Assembly (NCBI RefSeq): GCF_018977255.1
Contig: NW_024704743.1
Location: 116,190,001-116,254,000, forward strand
DNA length: 64,000 nucleotides
Direction of reading: 5' to 3'
Source: Callorhinchus milii
Taxonomy: Eukaryota
Within the stretch, counting starts at the first letter, position 1. Each line of letters opens with the position of its first letter. The position numbers were made by a program, and so were the translations under genes. Shown one piece after another: positions 37,241 to 50,473 of this stretch. Below the pieces are notes generated by a model. That model was not told the origin of the DNA. It searched no databases and worked only from the letters and a program-made list of their open reading frames with translations.

Positions 37241-38629
37241 GTAAGTTCCTCTGTTTTGCCCTAGTTCGGAGACGGTTTGTACGACTTTCAACCCCGCTCT
37301 GGCCAGCTCTGTTGTGTGTTGACTTGCATGGCAGTTGACATATAACATTTCATGCCCTGTGTGACAACCCCATGTCCCGCTGTAAAGCCATTCGGTTACT
37401 GGCATGCAAAGCGACTTTTCAGAACATTATCCCTTTCCCCTCCCCTCACTTCCTCTCGCTCTTCCCTCCCCACACACACACAGACCTTCCTCCCACAAAG
37501 AATCACCTCTCACGTTTGCCATTGTGGTATTCAGTTGGCATGTTTTTGCACTCGCCCCTTCCATCATCACTATTTATTTGTAGCTGTCTCTGTCTTTCTT
37601 TCTCTCTCTCTCTCTCTCTCTCTCGAAGTCACCATCCACCGTTCCATCTTCATTTCTAGATGTGAAGTATTGCGGCTTGCTGTGAATTGTTTATTCCCAC
37701 CACCACAACCATGAAATCAAGGCTGGAAATTAAATTGCAGATTTAAAGCGCTCCGGCAGTTTGGGTAAAAAAAAAATAAAGAAAGCAAAATATATATGCA
37801 TATATAAAAAAATGAAACCTCCCCCCAAAAATTGCAGTTGAAGTATTTGCAGGAATAATATTAAGTGTACAGACAGACCCTGTTATAATGCACTTCAGTT
37901 TAGAGGGGTTATGTTTATAGTGCGATCGCACAATGGACATACTGAAGTATGGGAAATTTCCGCCTGACCAGCTTCCTGCATATAGCGCACAGGAAATTAT
38001 GTCTGCAGCAACCTGACGAACTTGAATCACTAACCAACTGCCATTTTTCCGGAACCCCTCCCCATATAACTCCAAACTACTGCGTTATAACTGCGGTCAG
38101 CCTGTGTATATATTGCTGTATCTCCTTCTCACTTCCAAAACTGAGGGAATTTCTACAAACCATTACTTGAGCTTGGTTTATTCAGGAGTTGGGGGTGGGG
38201 GGGGGGGAGCTGCGGGTGGGGGGGAAGAGGGAGAAGAGGAGGCGGGGAGTGGGAAACAAATCAGTTCAGGTGAAATTTTAAAAAAGCTTTGACGTTAATT
38301 TCTGGACCTAGATTTCATTTCCAGTGAATGAGTGTATCATTGTCACAGTGTTTGCTTGTCTGTGGGAGGATTCGGAATGCTGGCCACTTGCTGGTTAGTT
38401 TGTAGGGTGATTCATTCTGTTACCAGGGATGGGTTTAGGTCAGCATTGGGAAGAGAAGGAAGCCTCCCTCTCCATCCTGTCCCACTATTTTATTCTTCAC
38501 CTAAAATCTACAGAGCTTCAAGGCATTTTACAGCTGTAGGGTAAGGTCGGACCAGGATAAGACACTAAACTGAGATCCCGCCCGCCTGTTCACCAGGTGA
38601 ACGTTAAGGATCCCCTGACATTAATATTT

Positions 38630-39042
38630 GTTACATTTGATTTTTTTCACGTCGGGAGGACATCTCAAAGCACTTCACAGGATTCACTGTAAAGTGCAGT
38701 GACTGTTATTCTGTAGACACACATGATAGCCAACTTGTGCACAGTACAAACAGCCATGGAGTGAATGATGAATTTAATTGTTGGCCAGGAAACCGGGAGA
38801 AACTCCCTTCCCTTTTCAAATAGTGTCATGAGGTTCTTTGACGTGCACCTGAACAGACACACGGTACCTCAGTTTAACATCTCAGCCGAAGGAACAGCAC
38901 CTCTGATAATGCAGTGCTCCCCCAGCACTGTATTGGAATGTCAGCCGAGACAATGTGAGTTTAAAGTCCCCCAGCGGGGCTTGAACCCACAACCTTCTGT
39001 CTCAGAGGCGAGAGTGCTACCAATAGAGTCAGGCTGATACCT
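38630..39042 (-). mobile_element. Older Deu-domain tRNA SINE, near full length
   Basis: Same head and core as 16467-16982; L2-type tail. Confidence 0.78.
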
Positions 39043-39809
39043 AGCTCGTCTGGAGCTCACCTGGCACTTTTAGAAAAGAGCAGAGAGTTTGTCCCAGCTA
39101 ACAATCTACCAGACAGTACTGGCCATCCACCTCATGGCTGCTTGCGGGATGTTGCTATGCACAAAACGAATGACGTGTTCGCTCACCAGCCAAGACAGTC
39201 ACCACATTTGACAGCAATTATCCATGAAGAGCTTTGAACCACCGTTAAGACGTGATAAGGGGCTCTTTAAAAAAAGAATATTCATGCTTCCTTTAAAGCA
39301 ACGTCCTGAACAAGCCAAAAAATAACTCTCTCTCGACAAAAGCGCTGTTTCTGTCGGCAATTAACTCACTCGGTCATTAAAATAATTTTTAGAAATTGCC
39401 TGTAGCCTTTTGTCTTATCCACATGAGTGATTTCGCCAATTTATCTCATGCCGTCTCTGAGGGATTGTGTTTTAACCTCGGTAAGAAAGCAATGCTGCAT
39501 TAAACCATCGCTTTACGCAGCTGTAAAACGGTGGTCCAACACAATAGATACCCGTACATTAAAGAGGCTTCAGTCAAGATAGTAACAAGAGGTTTTCAAT
39601 CTGATTATTGCAATTTTTTGGGGGGATGGGGGAAGAGGAGAGAGAGGTAGCACCGGAGGGAGGAGGTAGAGAAGTAGTGCCGGGAAGGGGGCATGGGATG
39701 GTCTGAGAGTAAGGGTTGTAGAGAAAATACATTTTTAACAAAGCTATCTGGGGAGCTGAGAAAGCGTTGGGTTTGCATGTGTTTAATCCCCTCCTGTCTG
39801 TCTGTGTAG

Positions 39810-39997
39810 ATGAAAACCACACAATTGCCAACGAGGCCAACAGCCTGGTGCAGCCGCACAGCTACAAGAAGCGTGAGGCTGTGGACGTGCCCTATCAGAC
39901 AGGCCAGCTCCACCCGGCCATCCGCGTGGCAGATCTGCTACAGCACATCACACAGATGAAATGCTCCGAAGGCTATGGCTTCAAAGAGGAGTACGAG
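39810..39997 (+). CDS. PTPRM: PTPRM exon leading into the D1 wedge region (188 nt, phase 1 to 0)
   Basis: gtgtag|ATGAAAACC...GAGTACGAG|gtgagc; DENHTIANE...[35 protein letters not shown], a hallmark of R2B-family PTPs. Confidence 0.97.
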
Positions 39998-40787
39998 GTG
40001 AGCCAAGAGCCCGGGAAGGCAATGGTCACTCCGCTGATGGACACATCATCATCATAATAATAATAATCTTTACATTTGATAGAGAGCCTGATCTCATCAT
40101 TGAGATATCTCAAAGGGCTTCACACAATGTGTTGGGTATTTTGTGCCAATTGGGCACAAGCAGTGACACACAGACAATCGTGACTGACCTCAAAACCAGA
40201 CATAGAGCTTCAATCCGCAACTGTCTGAATCAGAGACGAGAGTGAAACCAACTGAGGTAAATAGGTGTTTGGGGGTGTTTGAATGAAGGGAGAGAGGGGC
40301 ACAAATCAATGGGATTTGGGGAGAGATTTCCAGACAGCAGAGAGTTAGGGTTAGGCATAGTGGCTGAACCACACAACTACAGGAAAACTCCATTGAAGTT
40401 ATAACTCGTCGTTGCTCCTCAGGGAGATTGGAGGTCGTTCCTAGCGGGGGAGTTGGTGATTAGCTGGCGATGATCGCAATGCAGCTGTTACCCTGACACT
40501 GAAAGATGATTTTCATTCAACATACATGGCAGGCAGCACGTAAAAAAATAGTGAGGTTTCAGCTCCAGTCTGGCACTGAGCCATGGGAACACAGCAGGTC
40601 ATTTTCAGGCAGGTGTAAGTGTGCAGAACACGAAGACTCAGACCCAGAGAGGGGCGTCAGGGGAAAGGACTGAAATGAGCCAGAAGCAGAAATATTTTAA
40701 TATTGTTACTGAGGTTTCGCTTGGCCTCTACATGAAGTGATTCTTTAAATGACGCATATATGAATTAGTTAAAATGTGACCAGTTCT

Positions 40788-40943
40788 CTCTCACACACAC
40801 ACACTCATACTTACACACACACAAATATATTGTATATATAATATTATATATATATATATTCACACTCATACTTACACACATGCTCATGCACACACACACA
40901 CAAACATACACACTCACAAGTGTATACAAACACACATGCTCAC
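40788..40943. repeat. Compound (CA)n/(TA)n microsatellite
   Basis: Degenerate CA and TA runs. Confidence 0.85.
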
Positions 40944-41260
40944 ATAATAATAATAATAATCCTTGCATTTGATATAGCGCTTTTCACGTCAGGAGGACGT
41001 CCCAAAGCGCTGCACAGAACACACTGTAAAGTGAATTCACTGTATATTTGTGGGCGAACGCGGCAGCCAATTGCGCACAGCAGTGTCCCACAAACAGTCG
41101 TAGATTAAAAACGACCAATTTATTATTGTTTGGGTTTTGGAGGGATTATTATTAGGCGTGTGAAGTAAGGAAACTTGCCCAAGGTTTTGCCCTGCCTGGA
41201 ATTGAACTCGGGTCTCTCACTTGCAAAGCGAGTGCTCTAACCACTGAGCTACAGGACTCC
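40944..41260 (-). mobile_element. Full-length young tRNA SINE, short variant
   Basis: Reverse complement of the 10620 and 52469 copies. Confidence 0.9.
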
Positions 41261-42507
41261 ATAGACAGCCACATACACATAAACAATGGTATTTACCAGT
41301 TGAGGGAGTGAGGAACTGGCAGAGAGTAATCCGAAAAAGAATAGCCAAGAAAATAGGGCTAGACGAGAATTGTATAGTGCGCAAGAGATCACAAGAGAAG
41401 TTTGGATGGAGAAGGCCTTTTGGCCCATTTGCTTTCATCCTTTCCAAAATACCCAACTGACCACCTGCCTATTGTACCATCTCCCTATTGTACTGTTGTT
41501 CCTACTATTTGTGAAGGAATCCAGCTCCTGGCCTCAACAATCCTACCCAGTAACCTCATTTTGGTTGTTAATTACCTACTAATTTGGTGGTGGTTGTTGT
41601 TACCTATGAACAAAAACACTTCCTGGTGTCTGTCCTAAAATTGCTCTTCACACCCTTGAACCTGTGACCACTTGTGCAGGTGCCTTTGCGTTGTATTGGG
41701 GAGAGGTTCAGTGAAGAAGGAGAGAGAGGGAGAGGAAGATACAAGGATTGTGATATCAAGTGGTTTCACAAAGTTAGTGAGTAAACTTAAATTAGATGGT
41801 GTAACCATGGTAACTGACAGACACAGAATTCTCTGAATTTTATAACATTAAACTATTTTATTGGGGGTTTAATGCAGCATGATATTTGCATGCTTTCAGC
41901 CTTCCTGAGATTGGAAGATTCACACACATAAACATGCACATAAACAAACACACGTATAGATTAATAATATTCAACTCAAGAAATCACATTAAAAGTCGCT
42001 TGGGTCAGAAGTGTCAGACAAAGGGAGATTAGTTTGGCAGTCTCTCAGGAGCACAGTTTTATCTGTGCTAATTAAAATAATTGTTGCAAATGACTTCCGG
42101 CTTTAAACGAAATGAGATTATCATTACAACAATAGGTTGATAGAGAGTTATTGTCATTAATAAGCTCTTGATAGACATTGCAAATGTAAGCAAGGAGAGG
42201 TGATAACGCAATGAGAGAAGAGCTCATGACGCCATATGACATTCAGCAGTGAAGATGTTTTTGGGTTGTGCTGTGACGAGGTGAACCCTTGGCTCTCGCT
42301 GAGACCACTCCCTCGTGATTTAGTCAGCGTTCTTTTTGTCGGGGAATAATGGCAAAGGGTTAGTTGTAATGTTTACAGTGCAGAGTGATGTCATTCAGCT
42401 CTCTGTGCCCGTACTAATGCTCGTTCCTCTACTATCGCCTGCTCGAATCCCATTCCTCAACTAGTTAAAAATTATGAGCTGCCAAAGGATTGTATTTGTC
42501 AGCAATT

Positions 42508-42933
42508 TAGGTGTCATTCTGGCTCAGTTAGTAGCGCTCTCGCCTCTGAGTCAGAAGGCCATGGGCTTCAAGCCCTACATTAAGGCTTTGAACTTATAAT
42601 CTTTCTGACATTCCAATTCAGTGCTGTGGGAGTACTGCATGTCAAAGGTTGCCAACCTTCAGGTGAGACATTAAACTGAGGTCCCATCTGATTATTCAAG
42701 TGAACGTTAAAGATCCCATGGCACTATTTGAGATTAAGAGAAAAGGAGTTTCGCCCAGATAGAATTCGTCACTCACCTCTTGGCTGTGGGACATTTTGGG
42801 TCATTACTGTCTGCAAATGGCTAGTACTGAATCTCCTTTCTCCCTTCTCTTATTCAGGGCCCAACCCTGTAATTGTGAAGCCCTCCGAGGCATTATCCTC
42901 CGTGAAGGGCTTTGTATAAATGCAACTTGTTGT
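42508..42933 (+). mobile_element. Older Deu-domain tRNA SINE. Further copies at about 18170-18520, 19140-19450, 19650-20040, 22200-22620, 24330-24680, 25600-25765, 33670-33975, 55530-55865, 58020-58345 and 60825-61215
   Basis: ggctcagttagtagcgctctcgcctctgagtcagaagg head; gagacattaaactgaggtccc...gttaaagatcccatggcactattt core. Confidence 0.75.
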
Positions 42934-44460
42934 CCTTGTTGAGTCACACTGGTAGTCGTCAATCTGAGAACGAAAAGAGTCCTCATTTCAGGAGAGACAG
43001 AAACGATGGCTCAGGATATCATGAGCTATTTCTCAATATGAGCAGCGCAATAGGAAACTGGTACTCACAGTCCACGCCCATACCCAAACTCCCCTCCCAC
43101 CCAGCAGGTGTTTTGTGGAATAATTGGGATGGAGTTGTGAGGATGGTCTTTGGATGTCCTGAGATTTCTGTAATTCAAGGATTCTGGTGGAAGGGTTAAG
43201 GATCAGAAGATAATGAGATAAGGTCGAAAACTCAAATCTAAAAAAGCCCTTATCTCGTCATACCACTTCCCGAATCCAAGCTCCTCAGGGATACTCACTG
43301 CTCAAGCCTCATTTCCCGGGGGAGTAGAGTGGTTGGGGGGAATTGTTATTGTAAGCTGTTGAAAATAATTGTTTCTGTGAGAGTTGGAATGATGCTGCGT
43401 GCAGGAATGCAATGAGATCGCGAGCTCGATAGTGTATAGCAAGCGTGAGGAAAAATGTAGCATCTGTAAGATGACTCTGTGCTAAGTGCAATTTATCCTG
43501 AACTACCTTCGGCAATTTGAGGTTTTCAACCATATCTTGCACTCGCACCAACCCATTGTTGGTTTTAGAATTAACATCTCGAAGCACGTGTCGATAGGGA
43601 GAAGGAAGGGAGAATTAGAACAACAATAACTTGAACTGAGTGCCCTTTTATGCAAGGTAGTGTCTCGGAGACAGTATCAAATATATTGACGGAAAATAAG
43701 GTCGAAACAATATTTTATTTTCGCAGTGTTTTGAAGGCAGGGAAAATTAAGGAGCGAGAGAGAGAGAAAGCTGGTGGGGGTTGCAAGAGACTTTGGGAGA
43801 GTTTCAAAGGGCAAGGGGATAATTGCTGAAGGCTCGGCTGCCGTTGATGGGGTGGAGGGTGTGAGGACGTAAGGGCAAGAGGATTCCAGAGGAAGTTGCA
43901 GAAGAAAACAGTGGATTCTTCCGAATTCATCTGCTTGTGCTCTCTACCCGACTGCTCAACTGCTCATTCCTCAACCTTTCTGCCCTGCCCTGCCATCAGT
44001 GCTTGAGCTTTCAGTCTCTATGGCACATCCCACTGCCTGGTAGTCTCTCACAAAAGCTTTGCTCCTTCTCTTCCTGTCTTCGAAACCATCCTAAGTTACC
44101 TTTAGCCGTACTTCTGGTCTATATCTTCGAATAAATAAAATAATAATAATGTTTACATTTGACACAATGCCTTCCACGTCAGGAGGATGTCTCAAAGTGC
44201 TTCACAGAATATACTGTAAAGTTAGCCTACAAAATGCAGTCAGAAACCTTTATAGTAAATCCTATGAAGCGCTATGAGATGACCTCCTGACGTGAAAGAA
44301 GCTATATCATATTAACATGATTATTAATGTGAGGATATCACAAACCATATTCTCCCCCATTCTCCAACCTCCTCCTCCCTCTGACCCTGCTCTGCAATCC
44401 CGATCCTCTTTTTAAAGCACTCTGAGAACGGTCATTCCAAGTGAAAGGAGCTGTACAACC

Positions 44461-46991
44461 GCAACTTCAATCTCCACTTCACCCCGCCTGCTCCATATCC
44501 TCAGACTTCTCCTCTCTTCTCTCTCCACCTCTCCCTCCCACATCCACTCTGCTACCCACACCCACGGTCATCCGCTCGACCTGGTGATCACCCAAGGCGT
44601 CAGCGTCTCGGATGTCACCATCACTGACAAGGCCATCTCTGACCACTATTTCATCTCCCTCAATTCCCATATCCCTCTCCCCGTTACCTCCAAACCTACC
44701 ACCATCTTCTACCGTCCGAGGAAGAAGATCTCCCCACAATCCCTCTATGCTGCCCTGGAGTCCTCTGATCTCCTCTCCCTCTGGCCCACCTCTCACAACA
44801 ATCCACTGCACTCACTCTTCTCCACAGCACCCTCTCCACCACACTCGACGTCCTTGCCCCCTTCATCTCCCTAACTGCCTCCTATTCCTGATCCTCACCC
44901 TGGTTCTCCAGCCACCTCCGCTTGCTTAAGGGCCAGGTGCGGGTTGCCAAATGCACTTGGCCCAAATTCGGCCTAATGGTCCACCGGCACATCTGGCTGG
45001 ACCTCATCAAGAACTACCGCTGCGCTCTCGCCTCAGCCAAATCATCCTCTACTCCAGGTTAATCCTGGAGGAGAAAGGCAATCCCAGGCTCCTGTTCTCC
45101 ACCACTAACCGGCTTCTCCATTCTCCCAGACACGCCTTGCAGATACTTACCTCCGATTCACACTGTGAGAAAATGCTGGACTTCCTTGAGTTCAAAATCA
45201 AGGAAATCCACACAGCTGCCACTGCCCTCCCAACTTCCAACCCCTCCCTATCCCCACCCCACACAATTACCCATCCGACAATTACCCATCCCTCCTTCCA
45301 CACCTTCGAACCTGTCACCCCCTCCTCTGTCTTCAACACGGTAACCTCCATGAAGTCCACTACCTGCTCCCTCGACCCCATCCCCACCCCTCTCCTTCAA
45401 TCCCAGCTCCACCTCCTGCCCCACTACTCGCCGACATCATTAACCTCTCCATTTGGCACTGTTCCTTCCCCCCTCAAAACAGCCACTATCACCCACACCT
45501 TGAAGGAACCTTCCCTCGAGCCATCACAGCTATCCAGCTACCAGCCCATCTCAAATCTCCCCTTCCTATCCAAGGTCCTTGAGAGAGCCATTGCCTCCCA
45601 GCTTTGCTCTTTCTTCTCCTTTCACTCCCTCCATGAACCCCTCCATGAGGGCACAGCACGGAAACTGCTCTGGTCAAGGTCACAAATTACATCCTGACCA
45701 TGTGTGACTAGGGCTCCCTCTGCCTCCTCGTCCTCCTTGACTTCTCCGCTGCCTTTGACACCGTGGACCTCTCAATCCTCCTCCACTGCCTCTCCTCCCA
45801 CCTCAACCTTCAAGGTTCTGTCCTTGACTGGTTCAGGTCCTACCTTTCACACTGCCCCCACTTCGTCGCGGCAAACGGTTTCTTCTCCAGCCCACGCACT
45901 GTCTTGTGCGGTGTTCCTCAGGACTCTGTCCTTGATGCCCTCCTCCTCACCCTCTACGCGCTCCCCCTTGGTGACGTCATCCGCAAACATGGGGTAAATT
46001 TCCACGCGTATGCGGATGGCACCCAACTCTACATCTCTGCCTCCACCCTGAACTCCAGAACTACTGAGATCCTGACCGACTGCCTGTCTGACATCAAGTC
46101 CTGGACAAAGGCCAACTTTCTCCAACTCAATGTCAGCAAGACCGAGGCACTCTTGATTGGCTCGCGCCAGCGCCTCCGCACCTCAGGCGCTGGCAGCATC
46201 AGCCTCCATGGCTGCACACTCAACCTCACTAAGCCAGTCAGGAACCTGGGTGTCTTGTTTGACCCTGAACTGTCCTTTGTCCCCCACATCCGCGCCATGA
46301 CCGGCACTGCCTACCACCACCTCTGCAACATTGCCAGACCCCTCCACTGCCTCACCCCTCAGGCTGCTGAAACCCTCACCCACGTATTTGTCACCTCAAG
46401 GCTTGATTATGGGAACTTCCTCCTCATCGGCCTTCCCAACTATTCCCTTCACAAGGTGCAGATCATCCAAAACTCTGCAGCTCGTGTACTCTCGTGCACC
46501 AGGCTCTGTGACCCCATCATTCCCACCCTCACCCGACTCCACTGGCTCCCCATCCCCCAGAGGATCGAGTTCAAGATCTTCGTCCTCACCTTTAAGGCCA
46601 TCCATGGCCTTGCCCCTTCCTACCTCTCTGACCTGCTGACTCCCTACCAACCTGCCCGCTCCCTCTGTTCACCGGGCTCCGGCCTGCTCCATGTCTCCCA
46701 CCCGACCCGCCCTACCATCGGGGGCCGGGCTTTTAGCCTCTTTGCCCCCACACTCTGGAACTCCATCCCACGGTCCCTTTGCCTCGCTTCCTCCCTTGCC
46801 TTCTTCAAGGCCGGTCTCAAGACCTTTATCTTCGACTGTGCCTTTGGTCTCCCTCCCACCTCTCTGCCTTCCCTCACCCCTACACCACCCCTCCCCCATG
46901 CTCGGACCCCGACAGCTAACTGTTCAGCGCTTTGGGACGTCCTCCCGACGTGAAAGGCGCTCTGTAAATGCAATTTTGTTGTTGTTGTTGT
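44461..46991 (+). mobile_element. L2-clade LINE, 5' truncated, ORF2 disrupted
   Basis: APE endonuclease C-terminal motifs (THGHPLDLVIT...SDHYFI); RT segments SLDPIPT, YQPISNLPFLSKVLER, GVPQDSVL, HAYADGTQLY (YADD mutated), LHWLPI; several frameshifts; 3' stem-loop and (TTG)n tail. Confidence 0.92.
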
Positions 46992-49900
46992 ACAAGTGCA
47001 AATGGAATAGTTACAGACAGAGAGCAGCAATACTGTGTTGACTGATTGGATCAGTGCGTTGCTGCGTCAGGAAGGGGATGATCATTATTATTGTCACGTG
47101 TAACCTCTAGATCCGAAGGGCAGTGACCGAGCGAACTGTTCTTGGCACTGAGATAAGAATGGACCTGATCAGAAAATGCTGGGTACCTTAATGAAATTGC
47201 AGTGCACGGTTGAGTGAGCTCCGGGCAGGAACTGAGGCAGAGAGTTGGTTAATCAGATGGAAGAAGCCTATTCTGGAGCCTCAGTAAATGTCAAGAGCTT
47301 TCAAACAGGTACAGAGTTCAGGAAAGGACAAGGAGTCAAGGACTCACCATGGCAGAGAGGGAGCCAGGTTGTGAGGGGCATGGGGGGTGGGGGGGAGTGA
47401 GTGGAATGCAATTAGTGATAGAATCCCACAGAATTGACATGCAGAAACCCAGCACCATGCTTAAGAGTGTCCAAACCAGACTGAGAATTCCTATAGACAT
47501 GGAAATATCCGTTTACAATTCTGTCGATGGTGATAATTATCACATTGAGCAAAAATGCGATCAGAAGCGACCAATAGTTATCACTGAACTGAGGCGGGGT
47601 TTCTCCCCTCTGTTCCACCGTGCCTCCTTCCCCAAAGCTATTGGTAACTATTGCTGCTTTTGATCATATTTTTGGTCAATGTGATCATTATCACTGGTGA
47701 TAATTAGTAGTTTTGCCCTGGACCTTACACCTCCCTGTGTAATGATATCAGTTGCGAAGAGCAATGTTCCAAACAGTCATTGAATGACCATTAGGGAGAT
47801 AATTTCCCCGGAAAGCGATCCACCAATCAAGTAACAATTGGATTCCTACTTACTTACCTTTCGCCCACAAAAATGTAGTCAATTCACTTCACAGGATATT
47901 CTGTGAAGCGCTTTGAGACGTCTCGAAGACATGATAAGGCGCTATATCGAATTCAAAGATTATTATTATTATTACTGCTAGGTAAACAGAGGTGTGTGGA
48001 GTATGGAAGTTTGTCTAAGGTTTCCATTGTCCATTAAATCAATATCCCTGTATCCTGGCCAACAATCCTCCAGATAAAATTTATCATTCACTTCATGGCT
48101 GTTTATGGAACATTGCTGTGTGCAAATTGGCTGTCGCATTTGCCTACAAAATGTCCGGTCACTACACCTTATAATATATCCTGTGAAGCTCTTTTTGATG
48201 TCTTCTTCATGTGAAAGGTGGTATATCAAATGAAGGATTATCATTATTTTATTTTGGGCTCAGACTACGCCTTCTCATCCATCTCGCCTTTAACCTGTAA
48301 ATCCTTCCGACTTGTAGCGGTAGTTGGTGACCGGAGGCCAGACACTCAACAATGTTTGAGATTGCTCAAGCGCCTGTTAATTTTCGTTCTAAAAGATCGG
48401 GGCATTAAATGTCAAAGGAGCCGATTGAGATGTCTTAGTTGTCACTGTAGATAAATCCCAGTGAATCGTGGTGACATTCTGGTTTGAACGGATGGTTCTG
48501 ATGTTCGACCAGGCGCAGTCACATTCTCATCAACATCCTGAAAGAGAATTGAGTTTGTCCGGGTGTACTTCCTGGCCAACAATCCTCCAGATTAGATAGC
48601 CATTTGTCTCATGGCAGTTTGTGGGATCTTTGCCATTGCACACAACAGCCCCTGCCTATGCCTGCTTAAAATAGTCGCTGTACCTGACGGTGAAATGCTT
48701 TGAGATGTCTCCGTGTGATAAATGAGTTTTTTTCTTGGTAAACTAAAAAGCGGCACTACTTGAAAAGAGAAGCGAGTTTCTACCCGCGTCGTGGCCAACA
48801 ATCCCCCAGATAAAATTGGCCACTCACTCCATGGACCGTTTGTGGGACACTGCTGTGCGCAATTGTCTGCCACATTTCTACCACAAAATACACAGCCAAT
48901 CCACTTTACAGTATGTATTGTGAAGCGCTTTGAGACGTCTCGACGATGTGATCAGGCGCAGTATCAAATGCAGAGATTATTATCATCATTATTATTATGA
49001 TGATGCTGTTTTGTTTGCTTGTTTCTTTCTTTGTTTAAAGCGCGTATGGGATTTGCTGATGCCTGAGCGCACCCCTCTCGGGAAGGGAGGGACCTTGCCC
49101 TTTAAAAATGCCCCTGTTGAGGGGCTGCTTGTGGTGGCAGGGTGACCGGTGGTTTGTGGTCGGTCATGAGTGAAATGATAAGTGATCTGAGAGGAGCTTC
49201 AACAGAGCCGAGCGGTGAGTGCTCTGAGCAACGGTGTGAACTACATGGCTACATAGCGTGACAACAGAGACACTTTAAGCAAAGGCAGTAAAAGATTGTA
49301 ATAAGCATTTTTTGAGTCACTGCAAAGCACATTCAGGAGGTAACGAAGAGCAGCACAGGCTGCTTGTGCTTTCTTGAACCTCAATCTACCCGGCGAGAAC
49401 ATCTTTTATTGTCAATCAGCACCACCATCACTCAGGTTTTATCAGCACTATACAGGACAGTTCACTCCTGTTGTGTGTTATTTTAATTTCAGGGACATTT
49501 CTATTCGTTGCTGCTGCAATTTGAAAGCAAAAGCATAGAAAAAATTGTTTAATTCGTACAGAGTGGGACTAATTGGATAGCTCTTTCAAAAAGCCGGCAC
49601 AGACACGATGGGCTGAATGGCCTCCTTCTGTGTTGTAGGATTCTATGATTATATGATTTATAAAAAAAAGCAAGAGGGATTGTTATCAGATAAGTGAGCT
49701 TAGAGCAGCTCGTGTGAGCCAGTCAGCAGGTGCTGAGGTGAGTTTCGCCAACAAAATATACACACTACACATCCTGTAAAGCGCTTTGAGACGTCTCGAA
49801 GATGTGATAAGGTGTTATATCAAATGCAAGGATTATTATTATTATTACCTCCCACGCCACCTCTCTTCCCGTCGTTCTCCACACTGCCTTGTGTCTCGTA

Positions 49901-50473
49901 CACTCTTGTGAGAGGCTGTGTGGAGAACGACGGGAAGAGACTGGAACAGGAAATATGAGGCAGCGCAGAGAGCAGCAGGAAGGTGGCGCCACTAATGATC
50001 CATCGCCTCTCCCTCACCCTATTGCAAAACCTGGCTCGGTGGGGGGTAGGGCGAGGAGGGGGCACCAGGAACTTATCCTGAATCAGATTTATATACGTAC
50101 AGAAACTCCTCAGACCGTTGCATAGAGGTCAGAGGACGTTAGTGGAGTCCTGGAGTCCTGTAGCTCAGCGCTTAGAGCAGTCGCCTCGCAAACATGAGAC
50201 CTAGGCCTTCGAGACGCGATACAAGAGAAAATTGTAGCAGAATTAGAGGCCATTGAAGGCATTTTGCTATTGAACTGTTGACACCAGATCCTTTATGATT
50301 GCTTTGATGCAAGAAATGTTTTGTCCTCTTGTACAAAAGGAAATGGATGAGTCCTGACTGCATACTTTTGTGTATGTCGAGGCGTTTTTGTATGTGTGAA
50401 AGGGCTAACTTATTTACTCTTATCCTTCTGTCTGTGTTTGTGTTTGGTGTAAATTGATAGACTCATTCGTATT

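Noticed and set aside
45763..46953. 396-aa L2 RT ORF as functional
   Set aside because: Catalytic YADD is YADG and upstream ORF2 has multiple frameshifts
49441..49462. REST/RE1-like site tcagcactatacaggacag
   Set aside because: Half-site spacing and flanks do not fit the canonical RE1
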